From positions 11,904,001 to 11,968,000 of the forward strand of contig OX597829.1 in NCBI GenBank assembly GCA_951406725.2: 64,000 nt of DNA, written 5' to 3'. Below are positions 1 through 12,930 of this stretch, one piece after another. The first letter of the stretch is position 1. Each line of letters starts with the position of its first letter. Position numbers and translations under genes: made by a program. The stretch comes from Octopus vulgaris (Eukaryota). The notes beneath the pieces were generated by a model. It was not told the DNA's origin. It saw nothing but the letters and a program-made list of their open reading frames with translations, and made no database searches.

Positions 1-3000
1 AAAATTTTTGTGACGTGTGATCTGTTAAATATAAATTTACTGATTGATGATAAGGATATATTTAAAATGTCAAAAGTTTTCAAGATACCTAATGTATCTT
101 GCAAAAAAGTACTAATAAAACAATAAATTGGAATTTGCAATCTTGTTCACATTGTTAGACATTTTTTATCTGAAAACTTTTGTGACGAGTAATTTCTTCG
201 GTAACTATAAGTTTAGTGGTTCATAATAATCTATATTTATTAAAGTCATCAGAAAAATATCAATACTTTGTCACATTCTGTTTACTGAAATATTTTGACA
301 TTTTTGTGATGTCTTATAATTTATGAGGTTTTCAGGTAAAAAATTTTGACAAAATATTGCAAATAAGCATAAAAATGTGAACATGAACAAAATCAGGTAA
401 CTATTATTTACCTAAGAAATTTCTTATTTCACAAAAGATTTCAGAAAACAAAATATGTTTAAATATTGGAAATAAACATGAAAAAGTAAAATTTAGGACT
501 CATTTGCAATATCTTCAAACATTTTGTAGCATGAAATTACCAAAGAGATTACCCAAGTGACAAAAGTTTTCCAAAAAATTTTTGAAAAGCATAAAAAAGT
601 AAACAAAATACAAATTTTAATTTTAGTACTCATGTGGAAAAAGTTTTCACTATACAAATAAAAGTAATAAAGTGATATTGCTGATTTAAATTTGTTAATA
701 AATTTATCACAAAACATTTTAACATTTTTTCTCCTGAAGATGACTGACAACTATATTGATGACAAAAGATTGCAAAATATTGTACATAAACATAGAAAAG
801 TGAAGAAAATTGCAAATTACAATCTTTTTTTTTTAGTACTTATTTGCAATATATTGACATATTTCGTATCATGAAAACGTCTGTCACTTGAGTGATCTCT
901 TTGATAAATGTAATCTTATCAATCAGTAAACTTATATTCATCCAAGAGTTTACTCAATTCACAAAAGTTTCAGATAAAGAATTTGTCAATATACTGCAAA
1001 AAAGCATAACAATGTGAAGAAAATGTGTCAAAATAATTCCTGAAATGCAACAAATTAAAATTTGCAATTTTTTTAACTTTTTAATGGTTATTTGTCTAAG
1101 GGATAACTAAAGTCACAGTAGATTTATGGATAGGGCATAAATATAAGCCCTATCAATAAATCTACTTTACATGAGTTATAAATTAACTCATATATATATC
1201 CAAGATTCTCAAAAGTTTTCATGATACAACTGTGTCAAAATATTGCACGTGAATACTAAAAAGCTTCAAATTTGAGTTAGCAATTTTGTTCACATTCTTA
1301 TGCTTATTTGCAATATTTTGACACCGTTTTCATCTGAAAATTTTTGTGACGTGTGATCTGTTAAATATAAATTTACTGATTGATGATAAGGATATATTTA
1401 AAATGTCAAAAGTTTTCAAGATACCTAATGTATCTTGCAAAAAAGTACTAATAAAACAATAAATTGGAATTTGCAATCTTGTTCACATTGTTAGACATTT
1501 TTTATCTGAAAACTTTTGTGACGAGTAATTTCTTCGGTAACTATAAGTTTAGTGGTTCATAATAATCTATATTTATTAAAGTCATCAGAAAAATATCAAT
1601 ACTTTGTCACATTCTGTTTACTGAAATATTTTGACATTTTTGTGATGTCTTATAATTTATGAGGTTTTCAGGTAAAAAATTTTGACAAAATATTGCAAAT
1701 AAGCATAAAAATGTGAACATGAACAAAATCAGGTAACTATTATTTACCTAAGAAATTTCTTATTTCACAAAAGATTTCAGAAAACAAAATATGTTTAAAT
1801 ATTGGAAATAAACATGAAAAAGTAAAATTTAGGACTCATTTGCAATATCTTCAAACATTTTGTAGCATGAAATTACCAAAGAGATTACCCAAGTGACAAA
1901 AGTTTTCCAAAAAATTTTTGAAAAGCATAAAAAAGTAAACAAAATACAAATTTTAATTTTAGTACTCATGTGGAAAAAGTTTTCACTATACAAATAAAAG
2001 TAATAAAGTGATATTGCTGATTTAAATTTGTTAATAAATTTATCACAAAACATTTTAACATTTTTTCTCCTGAAGATGACTGACAACTATATTGATGACA
2101 AAAGATTGCAAAATATTGTACATAAACATAGAAAAGTGAAGAAAATTGCAAATTACAATCTTTTTTTTTTAGTACTTATTTGCAATATATTGACATATTT
2201 CGTATCATGAAAACGTCTGTCACTTGAGTGATCTCTTTGATAAATGTAATCTTATCAATCAGTAAACTTATATTCATCCAAGAGTTTACTCAATTCACAA
2301 AAGTTTCAGATAAAGAATTTGTCAATATACTGCAAAAAAGCATAAGAATGTGAAGAAAATGTGTCAAAATAATTCCTGAAATGCAACAAATTAAAATTTG
2401 CAATTTTTTTAACTTTTTAATGGTTATTTGTCTAAGGGATAACTAAAGTCACAGTAGATTTATGGATAGGGCATAAATATAAGCCCTATCAATAAATCTA
2501 CTTTACATGAGTTATAAATTAACTCATATATATATCCAAGATTCTCAAAAGTTTTCATGATACAACTGTGTCAAAATATTGCACGTGAATACTAAAAAGC
2601 TTCAAATTTGAGTTAGCAATTTTGTTCACATTCTTATGCTTATTTGCAATATTTTGACACCGTTTTCATCTGAAAATTTTTGTGACGTGTGATCTGTTAA
2701 ATATAAATTTACTGATTGATGATAAGGATATATTTAAAATGTCAAAAGTTTTCAAGATACCTAATGTATCTTGCAAAAAAGTACTAATAAAACAATAAAT
2801 TGGAATTTGCAATCTTGTTCACATTGTTAGACATTTTTTATCTGAAAACTTTTGTGACGAGTAATTTCTTCGGTAACTATAAGTTTAGTGGTTCATAATA
2901 ATCTATATTTATTAAAGTCATCAGAAAAATATCAATACTTTGTCACATTCTGTTTACTGAAATATTTTGACATTTTTGTGATGTCTTATAATTTATGAGG

Positions 3001-6000
3001 TTTTCAGGTAAAAAATTTTGACAAAATATTGCAAATAAGCATAAAAATGTGAACATGAACAAAATCAGGTAACTATTATTTACCTAAGAAATTTCTTATT
3101 TCACAAAAGATTTCAGAAAACAAAATATGTTTAAATATTGGAAATAAACATGAAAAAGTAAAATTTAGGACTCATTTGCAATATCTTCAAACATTTTGTA
3201 GCATGAAATTACCAAAGAGATTACCCAAGTGACAAAAGTTTTCCAAAAAATTTTTGAAAAGCATAAAAAAGTAAACAAAATACAAATTTTAATTTTAGTA
3301 CTCATGTGGAAAAAGTTTTCACTATACAAATAAAAGTAATAAAGTGATATTGCTGATTTAAATTTGTTAATAAATTTATCACAAAACATTTTAACATTTT
3401 TTCTCCTGAAGATGACTGACAACTATATTGATGACAAAAGATTGCAAAATATTGTACATAAACATAGAAAAGTGAAGAAAATTGCAAATTACAATCTTTT
3501 TTTTTTAGTACTTATTTGCAATATATTGACATATTTCGTATCATGAAAACGTCTGTCACTTGAGTGATCTCTTTGATAAATGTAATCTTATCAATCAGTA
3601 AACTTATATTCATCCAAGAGTTTACTCAATTCACAAAAGTTTCAGATAAAGAATTTGTCAATATACTGCAAAAAAGCATAACAATGTGAAGAAAATGTGT
3701 CAAAATAATTCCTGAAATGCAACAAATTAAAATTTGCAATTTTTTTAACTTTTTAATGGTTATTTGTCTAAGGGATAACTAAAGTCACAGTAGATTTATG
3801 GATAGGGCATAAATATAAGCCCTATCAATAAATCTACTTTACATGAGTTATAAATTAACTCATATATATATCCAAGATTCTCAAAAGTTTTCATGATACA
3901 ACTGTGTCAAAATATTGCACGTGAATACTAAAAAGCTTCAAATTTGAGTTAGCAATTTTGTTCACATTCTTATGCTTATTTGCAATATTTTGACACCGTT
4001 TTCATCTGAAAATTTTTGTGACGTGTGATCTGTTAAATATAAATTTACTGATTGATGATAAGGATATATTTAAAATGTCAAAAGTTTTCAAGATACCTAA
4101 TGTATCTTGCAAAAAAGTACTAATAAAACAATAAATTGGAATTTGCAATCTTGTTCACATTGTTAGACATTTTTTATCTGAAAACTTTTGTGACGAGTAA
4201 TTTCTTCGGTAACTATAAGTTTAGTGGTTCATAATAATCTATATTTATTAAAGTCATCAGAAAAATATCAATACTTTGTCACATTCTGTTTACTGAAATA
4301 TTTTGACATTTTTGTGATGTCTTATAATTTATGAGGTTTTCAGGTAAAAAATTTTGACAAAATATTGCAAATAAGCATAAAAATGTGAACATGAACAAAA
4401 TCAGGTAACTATTATTTACCTAAGAAATTTCTTATTTCACAAAAGATTTCAGAAAACAAAATATGTTTAAATATTGGAAATAAACATGAAAAAGTAAAAT
4501 TTAGGACTCATTTGCAATATCTTCAAACATTTTGTAGCATGAAATTACCAAAGAGATTACCCAAGTGACAAAAGTTTTCCAAAAAATTTTTGAAAAGCAT
4601 AAAAAAGTAAACAAAATACAAATTTTAATTTTAGTACTCATGTGGAAAAAGTTTTCACTATACAAATAAAAGTAATAAAGTGATATTGCTGATTTAAATT
4701 TGTTAATAAATTTATCACAAAACATTTTAACATTTTTTCTCCTGAAGATGACTGACAACTATATTGATGACAAAAGATTGCAAAATATTGTACATAAACA
4801 TAGAAAAGTGAAGAAAATTGCAAATTACAATCTTTTTTTTTAGTACTTATTTGCAATATATTGACATATTTCGTATCATGAAAACGTCTGTCACTTGAGT
4901 GATCTCTTTGATAAATGTAATCTTATCAATCAGTAAACTTATATTCATCCAAGAGTTAACTCAATTCACAAAAGTTTCAGATAAAGAATTTGTCAATATA
5001 CTGCAAAAAAGCATAACAATGTGAAGAAAATGTGTCAAAATAATTCCTGAAATGCAACAAATTAAAATTTGCAATTTTTTTAACTTTTTAATGGTTATTT
5101 GTCTAAGGGATAACTAAAGTCACAGTAGATTTATGGATAGGGCATAAATATAAGCCCTATCAATAAATCTACTTTACATGAGTTATAAATTAACTCATAT
5201 ATATATCCAAGATTCTCAAAAGTTTTCATGATACAACTGTGTCAAAATATTGCACGTGAATACTAAAAAGCTTCAAATTTGAGTTAGCAATTTTGTTCAC
5301 ATTCTTATGCTTATTTGCAATATTTTGACACCGTTTTCATCTGAAAATTTTTGTGACGTGTGATCTGTTAAATATAAATTTACTGATTGATGATAAGGAT
5401 ATATTTAAAATGTCAAAAGTTTTCAAGATACCTAATGTATCTTGCAAAAAAGTACTAATAAAACAATAAATTGGAATTTGCAATCTTGTTCACATTGTTA
5501 GACATTTTTTATCTGAAAACTTTTGTGACGAGTAATTTCTTCGGTAACTATAAGTTTAGTGGTTCATAATAATCTATATTTATTAAAGTCATCAGAAAAA
5601 TATCAATACTTTGTCACATTCTGTTTACTGAAATATTTTGACATTTTTGTGATGTCTTATAATTTATGAGGTTTTCAGGTAAAAAATTTTGACAAAATAT
5701 TGCAAATAAGCATAAAAATGTGAACATGAACAAAATCAGGTAACTATTATTTACCTAAGAAATTTCTTATTTCACAAAAGATTTCAGAAAACAAAATATG
5801 TTTAAATATTGGAAATAAACATGAAAAAAAAAGTCAAAATTTAGGACTCATTTGCAATATCTTCAAACATTTTGTAGCATGAAATTACCAAAGAGATTAC
5901 CCAAGTGACAAAAGTTTTCCAAAAATTTTTGAAAAGCATAAAAAAGTAAACAAAATACAAATTTTAATTTTAGTACTCATGTGGAAAAAGTTTTCACTAT

Positions 6001-7140
6001 ACAAATAAAAGTAATAAAGTGATATTGCTGATTTAAATTTGTTAATAAATTTATCACAAAACATTTTAACATTTTTTCTCCTGAAGATGACTGACAACTA
6101 TATTGATGACAAAAGATTGCAAAATATTGTACATAAACATAGAAAAGTGAAGAAAATTGCAAATTACAATCTTTTTTTTTTAGTACTTATTTGCAATATA
6201 TTGACATATTTCGTATCATGAAAACGTCTGTCACTTGAGTGATCTCTTTGATAAATGATAAATGTAATCCTTATCAAAATCAGATAAAAATTTGTCAATA
6301 TACTGCAAAAAAGCATAACAATGTGAAGAAAATGTGTCAAAATAATTCCTGAAATGCAACAAATTAAAATTTGCAATTTTTTTTACTTTTTAATGGTTAT
6401 TTGTCCAAGGGATAACTAAAGTCACAGTAGATTTATGGATAGGGCATAAAATATAAGCCCTATCAATAAATCTACTTTACATGAGTTATAAATTAACTCA
6501 TATATATATCCAAGATTCTCAAAAGTTTTCATGATACAACTGTGTCAAAATATTGCACGTGAATACTAAAAAGCTTCAAATTTGAGTTAGCAATTTTGTT
6601 CACATTCTTATGCTTATTTGCAATATTTTGACACCGTTTTCATCTGAAAATTTTTGTGACGTGTGATCTGTTAAATATAAATTTACTGATTGATGATAAG
6701 GATATATTTAAAAATGTCAAAAGTTTTCAAGATACCTAATGAGTTAAAATATTGCAAATATGTACTAATAAACAATAGATTGGAATTTGCAATCTTGTTC
6801 ACATTGTTAGACATTTTTTATCTGAAAACTTTTGTGACATGGGTAATTTCTTCGGTAAATATAAGTGTAGTGATTATTAATCTATATTTATTAAAGTCAT
6901 TTAATATCAATATTTTGTCACATTCTGTTTACTGAAATCTTTTGACATTTTTGTGATGTTTATAATTTATGTGGTAACCTATAGTTATCCAAGAGATCAC
7001 TCAAGTCACGAAAGTTTAAAAAATGTGTCAAAATATTGCAAATAAGCATGAAACTGAACAATTTCAATTTGTTGTTTTTTTAGTACTTATTTGCAATATT
7101 TTGACGCCTTTTCTATCCTGAAGACTTTGACATTTTAGTG
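1..7140. repeat. 1336-bp tandem satellite, ~5.3 copies visible, continuing off the left edge and degenerating at the right
   Basis: AAAATTTTTGTGACGTGTGATC recurs at 1, 1337, 2673, 4009, 5344 and 6647. Units 1-3 are 1336 bp, unit 4 is 1335 bp, unit 5 is 1303 bp with an internal deletion near 6255-6285. The sixth unit diverges, and loose sub-repeats continue to ~7140. Confidence 0.97.
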
Positions 7141-7146
7141 ATCTAC

Positions 7147-7355
7147 TTGCCAGTTTAGCCAATAAAAATCACACGCACTATATATTTGGTGCTAATGATG
7201 AGGTCACGGGAGTGTGACGAAAGAACTCTGGCCAAAATAAGATTAAGATTAATGTAAAAAATGAATAACGCTGAAGCAAAGGAGCACCAAATATATAGTG
7301 CGTGTGTTTTATTGGCTAAACTGGCAAAATGACCCTTCCTAAATACAACAATATG
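7147..7355 (+). mobile_element. Penelope-like terminal repeat fragment with an inverted arm and a hammerhead-like core
   Basis: Arms 7147-7193 and 7283-7327 are reverse complements. Between them lies TGATGA-G-GTCAC-gggagt-GTGAC-GAAA-GAACTC (7196-7228). Confidence 0.6.
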
Positions 7356-8204
7356 TTATTAAACTTGTTTTTTTTTATTACAAGTTATTAAGAACTACTA
7401 CTAAAAGTCTTTAAGTAGTATTCAACTGAAATTCCATTTTTGCTCATCTTTTTGATAAAAATTGGCACACTATAACTCACAAGGAAATTTTAGAAAAGGG
7501 AAGTTTTGATACCTTGAGGGTACAGTGATATTTTCCGGAGAGGGAGGTACTCTTCCTAATTAAATTTTTTGATTGGGAGGGTAGTATGTCATATAAGAAA
7601 TTCTTCTTTGCCATGTGGTTTGAAATGTAAAACCAATGTACCCACTCCGTACAGGTATGGGAGTATTTGAAAACCTTTATTTGAAAAGACATTTTAATGG
7701 GGGCTATTGAAATTTTTTTATATTGTTGCTACCAATTAGCCTTAAAATTATTATTTGATTTTAAAATTTTATGAATATAAACATATTTTTTAATTTCAAC
7801 TATAGATTTAAGTATAAATATGCTTGTCCTGTAGTCCAGGTTTAATAACTTAAGAATATCAACCTCAATGCACTCGCATTTTTCATTGTAATCCACTTTT
7901 TCTCCAGGCAATGGACAATTAATTAGTGACAATTGATTATTCATAATTTTACTTGATTAAAAATTTTTCATCTTATTCAATACTGTTATAAAAATAGTTT
8001 GATGATTGAATTAAAATAAGAATAAGTATTTACTTAAATGAATTGTAAGAGCACTTTAGTTACTCTAGCTCGTGATAAATTTAGAGAAAAAGAGAAATCT
8101 TATTACGATGCAAGGGAGGCAACTGTGTGTATTTTATATAATATAATTATATATATATATATATTTATATATATCTTTGAGCTCATCTTTGTTTATCACT
8201 CAAA

Positions 8205-8382
8205 AATTGACCGTTATTTCTAAAGGGCCAATCAAACAAGTCCATTTTTTAAAGGTGTAGCGTTTGTAATAGTCTGGATAGAATTGACATATCGGTTCCA
8301 TTCTAGCAAAACCTGTCCGATGAACGGCAAAGGGAAACTCAAGGTAACAGGTTTTGTTGAATTTTCTGCTGCTTTAAATAAA

Positions 8383-8385
<3 letters not shown>
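8205..8385 (+). mobile_element. Hammerhead-bearing repeat (same family as 22750, 23515 and 37737), degenerate
   Basis: CAAAACCTGT-CCGATGA-acggcaaagg-GAAA-ctcaag-GTA-ACAGGTTTTG at ~8307-8356, followed by TTGAATTTTCTGCTGCTTTAAATAAAG as in the other copies; ends in (TA)n. Confidence 0.7.
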
Positions 8386-8424
<39 letters not shown>

Positions 8425-8425
<1 letters not shown>

Positions 8426-8960
8426 TAAAGGACTGGTTTTACAGACTCAGATGGAAGTTTTTTTATTTTGGCAAAAACAGGAAATACAAGACTCTGAAAA
8501 TAATTCAAATAGTGAAACTCATTCAATGATATTTAAAACGAAGACAACTCCTCTACCGAATAGTTATCTGGAAAAGTTTGAACAAGACTTGTGGAATACT
8601 ATTAAAAACCTGACATTGAAAAACACCCTCCTTGGAACAGTGTACATCAGTGTAAACTTAAGAGCCTAATGATGGAAATTTTGTGCACTCAGATAAAACA
8701 CAAAACACATACAACCTAAGCACTGAAACATCATAATTCACTACACAAAGATATTACAAAAAAAAATATAAGGTTGTAAGCAAAATCTATCCTTTCAATT
8801 ATTAATAAGCATTTTAACAATAAAGATCATGAAATTATTAATACTAAAACTATCAAAATAGGGTATAGTTTAACACAGAATCTGGCTACTATTATCTCTG
8901 CTATAAATAATAGGAAATTGGACTTATTCAATATATATAGAAAGGATTCTAACAGGAATG
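8425..8960 (+). pseudogene. Penelope-like element ORF relic, internally deleted
   Basis: Translated pieces FYRLRWKFFYF, FKTKTTPLPNSYLEKFEQDLWNTIKNL, HSDKTQNTY and KHFNNKDHEIINTKTIKIGYS...NLATIISAINNRK resemble PLE N-terminal and post-RT motifs. Confidence 0.6.
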
Positions 8961-9023
8961 TAAATATCTGTAATACTATTATGTATGTATGTATGTAATA
9001 CTATTATGTATATATATATATAT

Positions 9024-9170
9024 ATATTGTTATATTTCGGAATGATCATATTGCCAGTTTAGCCAAGTGCGTGTGTTTTTATTGGCTAAACTGGCAATAT
9101 GACCATTCCGAAATATAACAATATCTGTTTCAACACACGACTTCACATAAAAAATCTTGCACAACAAATA
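9024..9170. repeat. 43-bp-arm palindrome of the same repeat family as 7147-7355, next to (TA)n
   Basis: 9024-9066 versus 9082-9124 are reverse complements with 1 mismatch; shares TTGCCAGTTTAGCCAA with the 7147 copy. Confidence 0.85.
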
Positions 9171-9177
9171 TTTAAAC

Positions 9178-9241
<64 letters not shown>

Positions 9242-9254
9242 CTAATATATATAG

Positions 9255-9445
9255 TTAATCCAAACATGAAAACACAACAGCGCGAGGACGTGGAACAAGT
9301 ATAGTGTTATTGGACGCTCAGGAAAGGAAAAAAAGGAGGATTTAACGTCTCGAGCAGAGCTCTTCGTCAGAAACATAGGAAAAGGAAAGATCCAAGAAAG
9401 GGAAGACGGAGAAAAAAAATCGCCGATACACACCCGGTTACATGA
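9255..9445 (-). mobile_element. Penelope-like tail fragment with a minimal hammerhead motif (~9338-9375)
   Basis: Minus strand reads ttt-CTGACGA-A-GAGC-tct-GCTC-GAGA-CGT-TA-aat, with GAAA mutated to GAGA; adjacent to (TA)n at 9179-9240. Confidence 0.55.
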
Positions 9446-10059
9446 AGTATTTTCTTTCCGTTGTATAATTAAGCTCATTTCTCCATTTGTCATATTTCGT
9501 ATTAATTGTACTAAAATTAGTCTTATTATTTCATATTATTTAGTACTAAAGTGTGCCAAGTTAATAGTATATTGAGATGATTCCTGATTCACTGCTTAAA
9601 TACATAAATAAATCATTACTTCTGATTAGCTCTAATTTAAACAAGATATGCCCTGTTTAAATTTATTCACGCTTAGCTGCCTTTACATATATCTTTCCCT
9701 ACATCCCAGCTATGTATGAAAGCATTTTACGAAATTCATTGTAATTTATTTTTTATTTTATTTCCTCTTTTATAATGTTTATTTTCTTAATATTACATTT
9801 ACCCCCTATAGCATGTCATATGCTTGCTTCAGTGCATATTTACTTCCGGTTTATTAACGGAATGCGGTATGTCAAAAATTTTTAATTTTTTAAAATTCTT
9901 ACCTAATAGTTTATTATTATTGTTTTTTTACCTTAAAGGCTTGAAATAAATTCTCTCAAGGGATGAACAGATATAGTTTGTATTTTGATATTTTCTCTTT
10001 ATTGCTTTGAATTTGCTATTTATTCATTTATTTGATTATAAACATAAGCAATAAGTTAT

Positions 10060-11195
10060 TATATCGTCAGCTACAGCCATCACAAATTAGTGATCTGTAC
10101 GCTCGACATAGATAGCATGTGTAGATGCTCTTGTAAGGCGCTCTATTTGCTGCCAAAAGCCACTGAAGAGTGGGTTAGGGATGTCGTGGCTAAAAATGCG
10201 CAGACATGCGCTCAGACATAGCCACCTCTGGTTTTACCTGGACGGTGAGCAGGTATGGTCTCCGTTCTTCAAGCTGTTATTTCCACAGTTCACATCGTTT
10301 ACCAAACTGAACCCAAGGATCAAGTGTAGATCGAGGTTGGGCGTGTGGCATGTAGAGAGCGGGCAACGCCGGTGGCGGGGGTACTACCGCGTTCTTCTAT
10401 AGAGGGTTAGTAGAGTTTAAGTGTGACGACGTCCTGGGAGAAACCCTAGGCTTCGACGAACGTTCTGTCCGGGGCCTATGGATAATTACCAAAAGTCCCT
10501 GGCCTGGCAGTGTTGCAGAGGAGCTTTACCGGTTCGAGTTAAGCTCTTTAGACATGGGTGTGCACCTTCGCCGCTTTGTGCGAGATGTGAGAGGGACAGT
10601 GAAACTGTCCTGCACGCGATTGTGCAATGCCCCAAGGCGACTGAACTCTGGGCTTATGTCGAACACCTGCTGTCGTATACGAGAAGAGTACAACTGTCGA
10701 GCGAATCTGTAATTAAGATAGTTCCAGCGACCTCCCTGAATAAGGAGGAGCGAGCCTGTTTTCTTTCGGTAGTTGCTGTGGCGAAACAAATAGTATGGAA
10801 GACGAGAGTGAAAGGAATTGCAACAGGCAATCGAGCTAATCGACCTTTTCGTTTTCCACATGAAACGGAAAATAAGGCTGGAGAAGAAATGCCTGTCGCA
10901 AAGTGTGTTTCGTAACAGATGGAAGTCTATAGGAAATATGTTGCGAGTGAAAGAACCTGTTTAATCGGGAATGTAGAAAAGGAGAAAGCAAAGTCTTCAG
11001 TGTGAGTATGTGGTTTGTGGGGTCGACCGCGTCCTCCGCTTCATTTTTTTGTTAATCACTCATCCTCACTTAATTGTATATATTTTAATTGTTTATTCAT
11101 ACGTTTCGTCTAATTCGATACCCTGACCCCAACGTTTGTTTTGTCTGTCCCCGTATTGTCCCCCTTTCCTCAACCTTATGGTGAATAAAGAAATA
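10060..11195 (+). mobile_element. Tx1-clade LINE family 1, deleted 3' fragment
   Basis: Homologous to 17036-17100 joined to the 18868 region. Peptides KMRRHALR, AWQCCRGALPV and CARC...ETVLHAIVQC (zinc finger). Ends GGTGAATAAAGAAATA directly into (CT)n. Confidence 0.88.
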
Positions 11196-11490
11196 CTCTC
11201 TCACTCGCTTTCCCTCTCTCTCATTCTCTCACTTTCTCTCACTCTCTCTCACTCTCTCTCTCACCTATTCTCTGTCTCTCTCTATCTCACACTCTCCCTC
11301 ACTCTCTCTCACCCTCTCTGTCTCTCACTCTCTCTCTCGCTCCCTCTCTCCCTCACTCTCTCTCTCACTCTCTCTCTCTCACTCTCTCTCACTCACTCTC
11401 TATCTATCTCATTCTCTCTATCTCTCTTACTCTCTCTCTCACTCACTCTCTCTCTTTCTCTCTCTCACTCTCTCTATCTCCCTCTCTCTC
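11196..11490. repeat. (CT)n/(CTCA)n microsatellite
   Basis: Seen directly in the sequence. Confidence 0.95.
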
Positions 11491-11789
11491 ATGGCTTGAC
11501 AAGGAACAAACAAGCTCAGTATTATTATTATGACTATTGTTAATATTATTAAAGATTTATTTATTAAGTAATGGTTATAGGGCGATCTTTCGGTATAAGT
11601 ACACACGTGGATTTGTTTACATTTCTGAAGATAACAGAAACACCTTTCTCCCACCTCCACCCCTAATCCTGAATAGTAAAGGGAACTAACTCTGTTATGT
11701 TTCAGTTCTCTCCCTTGATTATGAAGTTAAGAGAATATACAAATCTGGCGCGATTTAAACGTTTAATCTCTTTTACTTTCTTCAGTTAT

Positions 11790-12148
11790 TTGACTGCGGC
11801 CATGCTGCAGCAGTGCCTTTATTCGAGCAAATCGACCCCCCCCCCACAGGACTTATTCTTTGTAGGCCTATCGGTCTCTTTCGCCGCACCGCTAGTGTTA
11901 TGGGCAACATAAATACCCGCAACAGTTATCAAGCGATGTTTAGGGGAGAAACACAGATATACAAACATATACACACACACACATATATATACATATATAC
12001 ATACATATATACGACGGGCTTCTTTCAGTGTCCGTCTACCAAATCCACTCACAAGGCTTTGGTCGGCGCCAGGCTATAGTAGAAGACACTTGCCCAATCT
12101 TCCACGCAGTGGGACTAGAACCAGAACTCTGCGGTTCGTAAGCAGCCC
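11790..12148 (-). mobile_element. tRNA-derived SINE (family S1, resembling octopus OK-type), 5' end degraded
   Basis: Reverse complement of the 37970 SINE: B-box-like GGTTCTAGTCCCACTGCGTGG, GGGCAAGTGTCTTCTACTATAGCC, TTGTGAGTGGATTTGGTAGACGG and an internal (TA/CA) tract. Confidence 0.8.
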
Positions 12149-12159
12149 CTCCCACGTCT

Positions 12160-12930
12160 ATCAATTTCTTTCACTCGCTATATCTTGCCTCCTCTCTCTT
12201 TCTCATTGTCTTACTCTCTCTCTCCCACTCTCTCCATCTTACTCTCTCTCTCCCACTGTCTTTCGCAGAATGTAAACAAACACGAAATGGGGGATCTATC
12301 TCTCTCACTCTCACTCTCTCTCACTCTCTCCCTCTCTCTCACTATCACTCTCACTCTTTCACTCTCTCACTCTCTCTCCATCTTACTCTCTCTCTCCCAC
12401 TGTCATTCGCAGAATGTAAACAAACACGAAATGGGGGATCTATCTCTCTCACTCTAACTCTCTCCCTCCCTCTCTCTCTCACTCTTTCTCTCTCACTCCC
12501 TCTCATTATGTCTATCTGTGACACCCTCTCTCTCACTCTCTTTCTCTCACATTTTCTCACTATCTCTCACACTCTCTCTCTAATTCTTTCTCTCACGCTC
12601 TCTCTTTCTCATTCTCTCTCTCTCGCACTCTCTGTCACTCTCACTCTCAGTCTCTAACTCACTCTCTCTCTCCCATACTCTCTCTTTCTCACTCTCTCTC
12701 ATTCATTCTCTCTATCTCTCACTCTCTTTCTTTCACACTCTCTCACTATCTCTCTCACTCTCCCTCTCTCTCACTCCCTCTCTCTCACTATCTCTCTCTC
12801 TCTCACTGTCTTACGCAGAATGTGAACAAGCACAAAATGGAGCATCTATCTCTCTCACTCTCTCTCTCACCCTCTCCTTCTCTCACTCTCTATCTCACCC
12901 TCTCTCTCACTCTCACCTTCTCCTTCTCTC
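12160..12930. repeat. (CT)n/(CTCA)n tract containing three copies of a ~45-bp cassette
   Basis: CACTGTC..CGCAGAATGT(A/G)AACAA.CAC.AAATGG..ATCTATC at ~12255, ~12398 and ~12804. Confidence 0.9.

Noticed and set aside
205-260. CTGATGA on the minus strand of the satellite as a hammerhead
   Set aside because: No correctly placed stem II plus GAAA and no closing stems.
493-6935. Repeated 60-85 aa ORFs in the satellite
   Set aside because: AT-rich chance ORFs repeated with the unit, with no motifs, and broken by indels in units 4-5.
7380-7960. Short minus-strand ORFs as a gene or Penelope N-terminus
   Set aside because: No motif I can support.
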